Source of the DNA: Veleropilina oligotropha
Lineage: Eukaryota
NCBI GenBank assembly: GCA_048128005.1
Contig: JBEUKZ010000009.1
Span: 124,001 to 188,000, forward strand
Direction of reading: 5' to 3'
Length of the DNA: 64,000 nt
Within the stretch, counting starts at the first letter, position 1. Every line of letters begins with the position of its first letter. The notes beneath the pieces were generated by a model. The model saw nothing but the letters and a program-made list of their open reading frames with translations, ran no database searches and had not been told where the DNA came from. Positions 12,280-21,098 of the stretch are shown piece by piece. Both the position numbers and the translations under genes were made by a program.

Positions 12280-12623
12280 ACGTGGCTGTATTGTTCCGCC
12301 TGTTTGTTTAAAATGTCTACTGTAACGTTCAAATACAGAGTGCCGACCCACGGGGCCTTGATGACAAAGGCGAGGGTTAACTTATCCGAATCCAGGCTGA
12401 GTTTACTTATGGAACATGCCTTGGGGCCCCCGGCCGGCTGGACCGGCGTCAGGTGGATCATTAGAAGGGCTGGGTTCAACCCGAACCGACCTCTAGTGTT
12501 TGGAAACATGAACTCCCTCCTCGCCAGCCCCTTATTGGGCGCTACCCCACAATTAAGGACAAAGTGCCACCGGGTCGGGGAAGAGGGCTCGTCTGCAAGC
12601 AGGGTCCCGTAGATGCTGCTCAT
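12276..12623 (-). CDS. Hypothetical protein (115 aa), possibly virion-associated
   Basis: Coupled by ATGA overlaps to both neighbours. No recognisable motif. Confidence 0.65.
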   Translation of the reverse strand: MSSIYGTLLADEPSSPTRWHFVLNCGVAPNKGLARREFMFPNTRGRFGLNPALLMIHLTPVQPAGGPKACSISKLSLDSDKLTLAFVIKAPWVGTLYLNVTVDILNKQAEQYSHV

Positions 12624-13360
12624 TGTATCGCAAGGACTGCGGAAATAGGCATACCGTGATTGTCGAGCGGTTTACCATCTGAGTCTGTGATGTAAACCTT
12701 CAACTCTGTGATTAGCCCGGCCTGTAGTCGCCGGCCGGCGGGATAGCTATGATAGTGGCCAGCTTCACCGAACATCTGCGACGTGATAGGGACCACCGCG
12801 AGAATAGTGCTCGGGGCGCCGTCCTGCACATTGTGCGTTGTACTAAGCTGCTCCAGGTGAACGTGCAGGGTTGGCGCTATGGCAAACCCGACAGGCTTAT
12901 TCCCGTCATAAGTCCCAGGGCGTAGCCACTCGGATCTCTCCGGAGGGGGAGGTGGTTGGCCCTGTACTCCCCGAACCGGTGGGTTCAGATTCCCTGCTTT
13001 ATCGAGAATAAACGAAGACAGGTTTAAGCCGAGGAGTTTTCGTATATCGTCGCTTATCGCGAGTCGAGTCCCCTCTGGGACCACGATTCGGGCGAGCCCT
13101 GTAGCATGGCTTACATCTAGCTGTATGTTAACTAGCGACCTCTTCATCGTCTTGGCGAGGTCATCGAAGCTGTAGAAACCTGGTGCCACGTCGACCGTGG
13201 TATCCGGGGTCTTAAAGAAGGCTCCGGCATGCACATTGTGCCAGCCTACCCAATAGTCGAGCGACTGCAAGCTGACACATAGCTTGCCGTCCCGGTTATC
13301 AATCGGCTCCAGGAGGGCAACCGCGGTCCCCTCTTGAACGTTTGTTAATGTGTGAAACAT
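12620..13360 (-). CDS. Probable minor capsid (penton, single jelly-roll) protein
   Basis: 246 aa. PGFYS motif, and a C-terminal ITELKVYITDSDGKPLDNHGMPISAVLAI resembling the I-x-D-x-x-G-x-x-L-D-x-x-G C-terminus of Polinton/PLV pentons. Confidence 0.7.
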   Translation of the reverse strand: MFHTLTNVQEGTAVALLEPIDNRDGKLCVSLQSLDYWVGWHNVHAGAFFKTPDTTVDVAPGFYSFDDLAKTMKRSLVNIQLDVSHATGLARIVVPEGTRLAISDDIRKLLGLNLSSFILDKAGNLNPPVRGVQGQPPPPPERSEWLRPGTYDGNKPVGFAIAPTLHVHLEQLSTTHNVQDGAPSTILAVVPITSQMFGEAGHYHSYPAGRRLQAGLITELKVYITDSDGKPLDNHGMPISAVLAIQ

Positions 13361-13367
13361 AGTAGCT

Positions 13368-14651
13368 ATGGCTAAGAGCGCCTTTGCGTTTAATAGGAGT
13401 GCGGCCTATCCGACCGGTGTGGTGTACCCAGCAAAGATCAAAGATGAGCAGCTTACGAGACCAAGCATCAATGTGGGTAATAGCTCAACCACTACATTCG
13501 GGGCAACATACCCTGACGTCTTTCAGAAATACCGCCTCCCTCATGTCGCTAGTGACGGGCTGATAAGGGATTGGAACAGCACGCCGATGAGGTTCTGGCA
13601 GAACAAGGTCAATTTCGCAGTTTGGTGTGCCACAACAGGTTCCGGAATCTCCTCAGAAGACCACTTAAATGCGACCGACCCCCTCTCCACTGCTGTATTC
13701 ACCTTCCACGTCTACTATCAGGTCAGACGAATCTTATCCGAAATTCAGGCGCCGCTGCCACAGGACCGGACGTGGGATGCATTCGACAACCCGTATGACC
13801 GCAGGGCATATGAGAAGATCTGCAGCGAATTTGGGGTGTCTCCCCATACCGACTGGCGTGTCAAGGGTCCCAACGGCGGACTAGGCACCGCTTACAGCTA
13901 CTGGACGAACAACGGCTACCACCCCATCGGACGTGACTATGATCCAAGCCGAATGTCCTTCACCAAAGGTACGACCAACACGAATCTGCACGTGGACTAC
14001 ATCGCGCAAGCGCCTGCACTTAAAAACGGTTGGGCTACTTTTATTCTGGACAGGTCGGTGGGATTCACGAGGGCCGGCGTGGAAAGGCTCAATGATTCCA
14101 TCAGGACCTACGTCTGGGCTATTCTTGGAGCGCAGGCTCAAACGCGTGCAAGTATTCTGGGTAGTGGGACGGCGTTTGACGCACAGAAACAGTTCCTGGC
14201 GAACGTGGAAGACGCCATCGCATCCCCCGTTGACCTCCCAGCAGCCATCAAACGGTACCAAGAGGTGCTCCAGTATGCGAGGTCCAAAGTGGACTTCGTA
14301 TTCGGCGTTGGCCTGTACATGGCGCCAAGTAACATGCTTCTACGGATCGGGCAGGTGGCTGGTTATAACAATGAGATCGTCGTCGCCACGGAAGACCAGA
14401 CACTCGGTCTTAATACTACGGTGAACGCGGCCAATCCTGTGCCGCACAACGCCACTGGGGATACTGGAGAAACAGGACTGGTTATTCCACAAGACGCAGA
14501 TGCAAGCATACCGGTAGTTACTCCGAAGCATCCAAGCTCTCTGCCAGCTGTGGCCTCAGTGGCGGCTGTTCCAGCGGCACATGACGAGGAGAAAACCGCA
14601 CTTATCGTGGGCGGCATTGTCGTTGGTCTAGCGTTTATTTGGCTTACGTGA
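13368..14651 (+). CDS. Hypothetical viral protein (427 aa) with a C-terminal transmembrane anchor
   Basis: Long intact ORF, a Pro/Ala-rich linker, then ALIVGGIVVGLAFIWLT at the C-terminus. Confidence 0.8.
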   Translation: MAKSAFAFNRSAAYPTGVVYPAKIKDEQLTRPSINVGNSSTTTFGATYPDVFQKYRLPHVASDGLIRDWNSTPMRFWQNKVNFAVWCATTGSGISSEDHLNATDPLSTAVFTFHVYYQVRRILSEIQAPLPQDRTWDAFDNPYDRRAYEKICSEFGVSPHTDWRVKGPNGGLGTAYSYWTNNGYHPIGRDYDPSRMSFTKGTTNTNLHVDYIAQAPALKNGWATFILDRSVGFTRAGVERLNDSIRTYVWAILGAQAQTRASILGSGTAFDAQKQFLANVEDAIASPVDLPAAIKRYQEVLQYARSKVDFVFGVGLYMAPSNMLLRIGQVAGYNNEIVVATEDQTLGLNTTVNAANPVPHNATGDTGETGLVIPQDADASIPVVTPKHPSSLPAVASVAAVPAAHDEEKTALIVGGIVVGLAFIWLT

Positions 14652-15957
14652 CCCACTGTCTAGCGGCAATAAGAAGCAAGCCCCCAACTGATATGACCAG
14701 TGCCCACAGGTTTTCGGCGAGCCACGACGCAGTCTTGCCAATCAGGTTGATTAGCCAGGAGACCAGGCTTCCAAGTATTCCTGGGAGTGCGGCTGCGGCC
14801 TTCCCTGCTAGTTTGCCCAGAATCCGACCCAGGGTCTTCAGCTGCTTTTTTACCCACTCCTTGACCCCGCCCTGACCACTGGGAGGTGGTGGTGTTGGTG
14901 GTATGCTCGGCGCTCCACCGGTCAGGGCTAGTACCAAAGTCGAGATGGCGAGCCCGATAGCGGTCAGTATTGTTGCGATCGTAACCCCTTGCTCGCGGAA
15001 CAGGGTCCGGATACGCTCGGCCAGCGTTGTGTCGGTGTTCAGGATCCGACTTATCATCTCTCGGATCCGGCTGATTTGAGAGCGAAGGGCCTCCCGGCTT
15101 GATGATGCTGCCTCTAGGCGAGCTGCTCTTTCATCATTCAGGTCGCGCAGACGTTCCGCGATCCGTCGACGGATGAACTCATCCACACCGCCCTCTTCAT
15201 CTGCCTGATCGAGCTTCATCTTCTCCAGCTCTATGTGTTCGTCCAGCGCCGTTAGTTTGGCTAGATTGTTGGTTAGTTCGCCTCGGATGGTCTGCATCGC
15301 CTTGTCAAGTCCGCGAAGCTCGCGAAGATTTAATGGAGGGTCCCCCATTGTGCCTAAGATCTCTTCAACCTCGGTATCAGTGAATTTCGTCTCCATCGTG
15401 TGGATTGCTACCGAGGCATCAGTAGCAGTCTGCCCCAAGTCCCGCAGTTCTACGTTTTCGACATTAGCGGCCGCACCGCTCAACTCAGTGTCGGCTGCCT
15501 GAAGAACTGCAACCGCTTTTGAGGCCAGCTTTTTTTCCCCCCGCGTCCAGTGTACAAAACCCAACCCTTCACGGATTGCATCACCCCCACCAGGCCGGCC
15601 AGCTATTGTTGACAACGCCAAGGGGTTGCCGGTGCGAGAATTTATGAGATTGATGTCGGGGTAGTCCGTCATCACCAATTTCCCCCCCCTCCCTAATTTT
15701 CCCCTCACATACTTGAATTTTGAATAATCTCGCCCCGTGGCTGGGGTATGCCCCTCCTGTGCCAGGGCTTTGTAGTAGTCGTCAACCACGCCCTGAACGA
15801 GCTCTTGCTGAAGACTGCTGGTTCCTTCCTGTGGCCGTTCCGAAAGAACAGGCATAAACCGGTCGGTGGATAGATCCACATCAGTATCGTCGATGATGGT
15901 ATCATCGTTGTCGATGAGATCGTCCGGCTCGAATGCGGGGTTCTCGAATTTCGCCAT
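14644..15957 (-). CDS. Coiled-coil membrane protein (437 aa)
   Basis: Acidic N-terminus, long heptad region (LRGLDKAMQTIRGELTNNLAKL...), TM helix VTIATILTAIGLAISTLVLALTGG, then amphipathic and TM helices at the C-terminus. Confidence 0.8.
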   Translation of the reverse strand: MAKFENPAFEPDDLIDNDDTIIDDTDVDLSTDRFMPVLSERPQEGTSSLQQELVQGVVDDYYKALAQEGHTPATGRDYSKFKYVRGKLGRGGKLVMTDYPDINLINSRTGNPLALSTIAGRPGGGDAIREGLGFVHWTRGEKKLASKAVAVLQAADTELSGAAANVENVELRDLGQTATDASVAIHTMETKFTDTEVEEILGTMGDPPLNLRELRGLDKAMQTIRGELTNNLAKLTALDEHIELEKMKLDQADEEGGVDEFIRRRIAERLRDLNDERAARLEAASSSREALRSQISRIREMISRILNTDTTLAERIRTLFREQGVTIATILTAIGLAISTLVLALTGGAPSIPPTPPPPSGQGGVKEWVKKQLKTLGRILGKLAGKAAAALPGILGSLVSWLINLIGKTASWLAENLWALVISVGGLLLIAARQWVT

Positions 15958-15993
15958 TTGAATACATCAGTGGGATACGCATCTAATTCAGCC

Positions 15994-17295
15994 ATGACTA
16001 GCGTATACGGACGCAAGCTTAATCCATACCGCAGGCTGCGTGAGCCCCTCGCAGTCAAGGGCATCCGCCAGTCGGTCACGATTACAAACAATCCATCAAC
16101 GATTGCCCCGAACCAGCAGCTCCTGGTTCGGTTCCCTAATCTCGGGGCGAATGACGTGATCGTTCCAGGGACTGCCCACCTCGCATTTACCATCTCTCTG
16201 ACCTCGGTAAATGCGAATAGGACTGTAGTGCAAAATATCGGCCGTGCCGTGATCAGAAAGACCACGATAAAGATAAGTGGAAACGAGATCATGTCGATTG
16301 ACGACTCCGACGTGTACCACTGCTACTGCGATCTCTGGAAGACCACCGGGGAGCGCAAGAACGCCCAGTACCAGGGGATTGATACCAGCGATGGACACAA
16401 CACTACGAAGCATCGTGTTGGTGCGGCAGACGCCTTTAGACTGTCTGAGGATGTCGCGGTCGCGGCCGCGTACGGTAACCGATTCCGCATCCCGCTGGAT
16501 TTCGAGCTGTTGGAAAGTCACATGCCATTCTATCAAAGCGCCCTTGGAGACCGTCTCGAGTATGAGCTAACGTTCAACGACTACTCCCGGACTATCCGGG
16601 AGACGGACGACTCCGGTTCCAGCTATTCCATCGACAATATATCCCTCGAATATGACATGGTAACCCAATCCGAGCTTGCCAGACGGATTCGAAATCAATA
16701 CCAGGGTCAACTCGTAATCCTGTACGACCGTGTTCTCCGGCATCGGAAGCTCACCCTAGACAAGAGCGACTCGTTGTGGAATATGAATGTGAACGTACCG
16801 GCGAGGTCGATGAAAGGAATACTACTGTTGTTCGAGGACCCTGCGAGAGACGCCGCGCCATTCTCTCGCGATACTGAGGCCTTCTATAATCCGAAGATCA
16901 CAAAGGTCGAGGTCACAATCGAGGGTGTCCCGAATCAAATCTACAGCCAGGGCATGCGAACATACCAGATCTGGGAAGAAGCCAAGAAAATGTTCGCCTC
17001 CGGCTGCAGCAAGCGGCATCCTGAGGTCGCGATGGTCGCAAAGGACTTGGAGATGGCAGACGTCACCCTGGGCGAATTTCTGACTAAGAAATTTGCGCTC
17101 TGGATCGATATGCGGGTAACTGACGACGATCAGTTGCACGGGTCAGGCCGGAGGGTCGAGAACGCCAGCGAAGGCATTACTATTCAGATCACTAAAACAG
17201 CCGAAGCGGCCGGTCCACTGAACGTCTACGAGTTCGTGATCATGGACGCACAGCTGAATATCGAGAATGGCCGATTCGTCGAAGCACTGTACTAA
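15994..17295 (+). CDS. Probable major capsid protein (double jelly-roll), ~433 aa
   Basis: Size, beta-rich alternating pattern (QLLVRFP, LAFTISL, FRIPLDF, LEYELTF, NISLEYD, ITKVEVTIEG, FALWIDMR) and position directly upstream of the packaging ATPase. The fold is inferred, not searched. Confidence 0.75.
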   Translation: MTSVYGRKLNPYRRLREPLAVKGIRQSVTITNNPSTIAPNQQLLVRFPNLGANDVIVPGTAHLAFTISLTSVNANRTVVQNIGRAVIRKTTIKISGNEIMSIDDSDVYHCYCDLWKTTGERKNAQYQGIDTSDGHNTTKHRVGAADAFRLSEDVAVAAAYGNRFRIPLDFELLESHMPFYQSALGDRLEYELTFNDYSRTIRETDDSGSSYSIDNISLEYDMVTQSELARRIRNQYQGQLVILYDRVLRHRKLTLDKSDSLWNMNVNVPARSMKGILLLFEDPARDAAPFSRDTEAFYNPKITKVEVTIEGVPNQIYSQGMRTYQIWEEAKKMFASGCSKRHPEVAMVAKDLEMADVTLGEFLTKKFALWIDMRVTDDDQLHGSGRRVENASEGITIQITKTAEAAGPLNVYEFVIMDAQLNIENGRFVEALY

Positions 17296-17899
17296 ACGAT
17301 TTCCGCACACCAAGGACCCCCACTCCGCAATCATCTGCGGCCAGACGGGCTGTGGGAAGACGGTTTTCATGCTTGAACTGCTGGAAGGGGAGTATCGAGG
17401 CGTCTTCCGGCATATCGTGGTCCTCTGCCCCACGATCAAGTACAACAAAGCATACCAGTCTTGTCCGTGGATCTGGACCGACCCTGAGGTGTATTTAGTC
17501 CCCCCGGGTGAGCGACTCCATGACTGGCTGCGGGGGTTCTACCGACTGTTTCAGGGGGAATCAACTCTGTACATAATCGACGACTGCGCCGCCAGCAAGG
17601 CTATGGCAAAGAAACGGGACATGCTGACTTTGTTGGCCTTCAGCGGCAGGCATGCTTCCCAGAGCGTATGGGTAGTGACGCAAAAGTACAACTCGGTCTT
17701 GAAGGAGCTCAGAGAGCAGACCCGCTGGGTCGCGCTGTTCCATTGCAAGGACCGCGACAGTTTCGAGGACTGTCTGCGCGAGAACGATGTAATCCCGTCG
17801 CAGGATGAACGGACCGCGGTTCGCCGGCTGTTGTCCGAGACACGACACGCTAAGCTTCTGTTGAAAACTGATCAGCCCGTTGCTTATAGTGTGCTTTAG
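17267..17899 (+). CDS. A32-like (FtsK-HerA superfamily) genome-packaging ATPase
   Basis: Walker A GQTGCGKT, Walker B YIIDD, and the GRH...VVTQ motif typical of Polinton/NCLDV A32 ATPases. Confidence 0.9.
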   Translation: MADSSKHCTKRFPHTKDPHSAIICGQTGCGKTVFMLELLEGEYRGVFRHIVVLCPTIKYNKAYQSCPWIWTDPEVYLVPPGERLHDWLRGFYRLFQGESTLYIIDDCAASKAMAKKRDMLTLLAFSGRHASQSVWVVTQKYNSVLKELREQTRWVALFHCKDRDSFEDCLRENDVIPSQDERTAVRRLLSETRHAKLLLKTDQPVAYSVL

Positions 17900-17952
17900 C
17901 AGCTACTTGGCTAGCCCTAACATCTACTTAGCAGCTACTTAGCTAGCTAGGC

Positions 17953-18714
17953 ATGTCGGACGCGGTATACATAGCTTTTGCTTTCAGCCAGGGCCTGATC
18001 TTGTTGCTACTCGTAACGTTGTGGTATTGGCATTATCGCTATATTAGACTGGCGAGGAGATGTTGGAAACGCTTAAGGATGGACAGCCTCATCGATCAAC
18101 TCATGGATGACGAGGAAGAAATGGCCGTGAGCAGCAGCTCACCCCGCTCGACGACCAAACGCTGCTCGCAGCACGAGGAACCTGAAACTGGCTCCATAGG
18201 GATGGCAAAGAAACGGGAGAGGCTTGCAGCATTAGCCGTTGGAGGACAGGCCCACCGATACATGGGGCGTAACCTCACAGTGGACCGAATCGACGATATG
18301 ACTGACGACGAGGTTGAGAAACACCACGCACGGTATGAAGCGAAGCTAGGTGCTGACATGACGAAGACCCTCGGGGCCGCTGCTATACAGCTGTATGCGG
18401 GTGCAGCTGGGATGTTCCTGCCCATTCCACCAGCAAACCAGCTACGACTGATCGCTGATCTCGAGGCCGACCCGTTCATCTCACATGCCCTGACCACTGC
18501 AAGCTGTGAGCTGTATTATAAATATGGCATGTACCTCGCACCGCTGACCGCAGCGTTGACCACGGCTAAGCACTGCCAATTTGGACATGTTTGCCCGCCT
18601 AAGATACCAGATCAAGATGACAACGCCGGAAGTGGACCAAGTGATCGAGAGACAGCCGATCGAGAGCCAGCCGATAGAGAGGGTGACTTCTTCGACGGAC
18701 TCATCAGTGAGTAA
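17953..18714 (+). CDS. Hypothetical protein (253 aa) with an N-terminal hydrophobic helix
   Basis: Intact ORF in the co-oriented cluster, with N-terminal TM-like AVYIAFAFSQGLILLLLVTLWYW. The true start could be the downstream ATG at 18079. Confidence 0.7.
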   Translation: MSDAVYIAFAFSQGLILLLLVTLWYWHYRYIRLARRCWKRLRMDSLIDQLMDDEEEMAVSSSSPRSTTKRCSQHEEPETGSIGMAKKRERLAALAVGGQAHRYMGRNLTVDRIDDMTDDEVEKHHARYEAKLGADMTKTLGAAAIQLYAGAAGMFLPIPPANQLRLIADLEADPFISHALTTASCELYYKYGMYLAPLTAALTTAKHCQFGHVCPPKIPDQDDNAGSGPSDRETADREPADREGDFFDGLISE

Positions 18715-19108
18715 AAAGGACCCGAAAAAAGTGGCTGCAGGTCGGGCCGGCGCTGCTGCTCGAAAAGCCAAGCAGGAGAAGCTACTGGCCGCGGTTCGAA
18801 AAATGAAAGAAGACCTGAGTGCCCCAACAAGTGTTGTCGTTCCATCAGAACAGCCCGGGGAGGCGGTTCCAGCCGCAGAAAGACCGCGTGCGCCAGATAC
18901 ACGGAAATCGGACCCATTTAATTGGACCCAGGTAGCCGTCGCTGCCGGTACGGTTGCGTTGGTATTTGTTGTCTGGAAGACGTCCTCAGAACGCAGCAAC
19001 CCTGGTCCATCCACACCACATCAACAGCCACCAGACGCGGACGCTCGGTGCTCTCGGGCCGCCCCCACTATCGAATTGAAGAAGCAGAACCCTTTTCATA
19101 TGCAATAG
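18617..19108 (+). CDS. Hypothetical protein with a basic motif (KKDPKKVAAGRAGAAARKAK) and one TM helix
   Basis: ATG at 18617 within ORF 18581-19108. TM segment VAVAAGTVALVFVVW. Confidence 0.7.
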   Translation: MTTPEVDQVIERQPIESQPIERVTSSTDSSVSKKDPKKVAAGRAGAAARKAKQEKLLAAVRKMKEDLSAPTSVVVPSEQPGEAVPAAERPRAPDTRKSDPFNWTQVAVAAGTVALVFVVWKTSSERSNPGPSTPHQQPPDADARCSRAAPTIELKKQNPFHMQ

Positions 19109-19144
19109 TCGCAAACGGTAGCATTTCTATAGTACTCAACAGTT

Positions 19145-19384
19145 ATGACTACCCCAATCACTGATGGAAAGATGCTCGGCAACGCTGTATACCACGCCGC
19201 TATAGTGTCAGGCCTCGCCATAGGCTACGCACGCCTGACAAAGATGGTATTCAAGGGAGCGAGCCCCAAACTGGACTTCACGGGGTACGATGTCGGGATG
19301 GTCGTCCTCGACGTATCGCTCGCCATGGCGACGAAAGACATGCTGATCAAGCAAGGCATCATTCCGGCCGATATATTGAAGTAG
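19145..19384 (+). CDS. Small hydrophobic protein (79 aa)
   Basis: ATG-initiated, tightly packed between neighbours, with two hydrophobic segments. Confidence 0.7.
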   Translation: MTTPITDGKMLGNAVYHAAIVSGLAIGYARLTKMVFKGASPKLDFTGYDVGMVVLDVSLAMATKDMLIKQGIIPADILK

Positions 19385-19415
19385 TGGGACCTTGCTAGAT
19401 AATCGCAGCATTTCA

Positions 19416-19844
19416 ATGGCTTCCATTGCGATGCTGGTTGGGGGCGCTCTCGTCAACGCCCTCGCCTTCAGCGGCTCCAACTTCCTCTTCTCGAAGCTAC
19501 GCAGCTCCGGTGTCGATGCAGAGCGTAAACGCCACGACATTGCTGTAGAACAGCTCAACGCTGCTCAGACTAAATGGTCACAACAGAGGGCAGAGCGTCT
19601 CGACTGGCTGAACGTTGAACTTCGCCGCCAGGGTCATGCCGTTGGCACATTCCGGGATGTTGACGCCGCGATCCGTGAGTATGCATTGATCACCGGCAAG
19701 AACCTTGACCCCGACCTGGGGGGTGGCCCTGAGCCCGCCCTGTCTGACTACTACACACCGAGCGATGGCCAGAAGGGACGTGAGATCACCTTCATCATCC
19801 TGGGGATGGCTGCGACCGGGTTGGTCGCCTACAAGCTCGCCTAA
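19416..19844 (+). CDS. Membrane protein (142 aa) with hydrophobic ends and a central coiled coil
   Basis: N-terminus MASIAMLVGGALVNALAFSGSNFLF and C-terminus ITFIILGMAATGLVAYKLA. Confidence 0.75.
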   Translation: MASIAMLVGGALVNALAFSGSNFLFSKLRSSGVDAERKRHDIAVEQLNAAQTKWSQQRAERLDWLNVELRRQGHAVGTFRDVDAAIREYALITGKNLDPDLGGGPEPALSDYYTPSDGQKGREITFIILGMAATGLVAYKLA

Positions 19845-20099
19845 TTATTTCCAGTGGACATTTTTTTCGTGTGCCAGGTATAGTAATGGGGCTCCCAGAA
19901 GAGCTGTACTGCGCTATGCTTGCGGTCGGCTATAGTACTACGTTACTCGACTGCTGGCGCCGCGACGAAAAGACTATGGTGCGGTTCGCGGTCCTGGTGC
20001 TCTCGGGCCCGACCAACCTACGGGCGACCACTGCGCAGCGACCGGCTCCGGAAGCTGAAGCCTGTTGGAGACTGATCAGTTTACTGGAATACATTGCTG

Positions 20100-21098
20100 A
20101 TGGATAGTAAGCTTGCGAGGATGTACTACAGCCCTAAGGGCTACTGGAAAGGCATTGCCGCGATAAAGAAACTAGCTGACGCTGCTAAGGCGTCTGAAGT
20201 GGAGGCCCGGACATGGCTTAAGAGGCAGGCTATATGGCAGATCTATTTACCTGCGCCACGGCGGATTCCAAGACCAAAATTCGACGTCGTAACGCCAAAC
20301 GAGGTTCACCAAGCCGACCTCCTGTTTCTCCCCCATGACAAGGTCAGACACAAGACCTATAAGTACGCTTTGACTGTGGTTGATGTGGCCAGTCGCTTTA
20401 AAGAGGCTGAGCCTCTGGTCACAAAAGAGGCCAAAGGGGTTGCTGAAGCACTAGCCCGAATCTACAGGCGGAGTCCTCTTGGCTGGCCGAAACTGCTTCA
20501 AGTCGATCCAGGGCGAGAGTTTATGGGCGCGGTTTCCCAGCTGCTGGCAAAGAATAACGTCGAGGTTAGGCGTGGCCGTGTGGATATCCATCGCGATCAG
20601 GGCATTGTGGAGCGCTTCAACCGGACGCTCGCTGAGCGGCTCTTCGGGCACCAGTATGCAACAGAGATGCGGTTTGCAGAGTCTGCGAAAGAGGGTCAAA
20701 GGTCAACTGAGTGGGTCGCCCGGTTAGCAGCTGTAGTTGCGGCCTTGAATGGGGAAGTGACCAGGCTGACCGGTAAAAAGCCCAAGGACGCCATCAAGGC
20801 ACCTCGCGTTGCCCAAAAGCCAGGCGCCACTGTTCCAGGCCGACAGGGGAAGGAACAGAAACTCCCCTCTGACGTAGATGTTCGCTACCTTTACTACGAT
20901 GGTGAGCTGGAGGGGGGTCATCGCCGTGCTACTGACCCGGTGTGGTCTCTAAAAGTTTACAGGCTTGGACGCTCCGTCACTAAGCCTGACGAGCCTGTGC
21001 TCTACTACTTGCTGGATGGACCACCGCGTGGGTTTGTTCGAGAGGAACTTCTCGTGGTGCCTCGTGATACCCAGCTGCCGCCGGTTCTCAGGCGTTAA
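20100..21098 (+). CDS. Retroviral-type (RVE, DDE) integrase
   Basis: HQADL (D1), YALTVVDVASRF, PKLLQVDPGREF (D2) and GIVERFNRTL (E) are the canonical Polinton integrase motifs. The ORF is intact. Confidence 0.95.
   Translation: MDSKLARMYYSPKGYWKGIAAIKKLADAAKASEVEARTWLKRQAIWQIYLPAPRRIPRPKFDVVTPNEVHQADLLFLPHDKVRHKTYKYALTVVDVASRFKEAEPLVTKEAKGVAEALARIYRRSPLGWPKLLQVDPGREFMGAVSQLLAKNNVEVRRGRVDIHRDQGIVERFNRTLAERLFGHQYATEMRFAESAKEGQRSTEWVARLAAVVAALNGEVTRLTGKKPKDAIKAPRVAQKPGATVPGRQGKEQKLPSDVDVRYLYYDGELEGGHRRATDPVWSLKVYRLGRSVTKPDEPVLYYLLDGPPRGFVREELLVVPRDTQLPPVLRR

Noticed and set aside
19871..20107. 78-aa ORF between the membrane protein and the integrase
   Set aside because: Non-ATG start in the track and no motif. 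It may be real from an internal ATG but cannot be supported.
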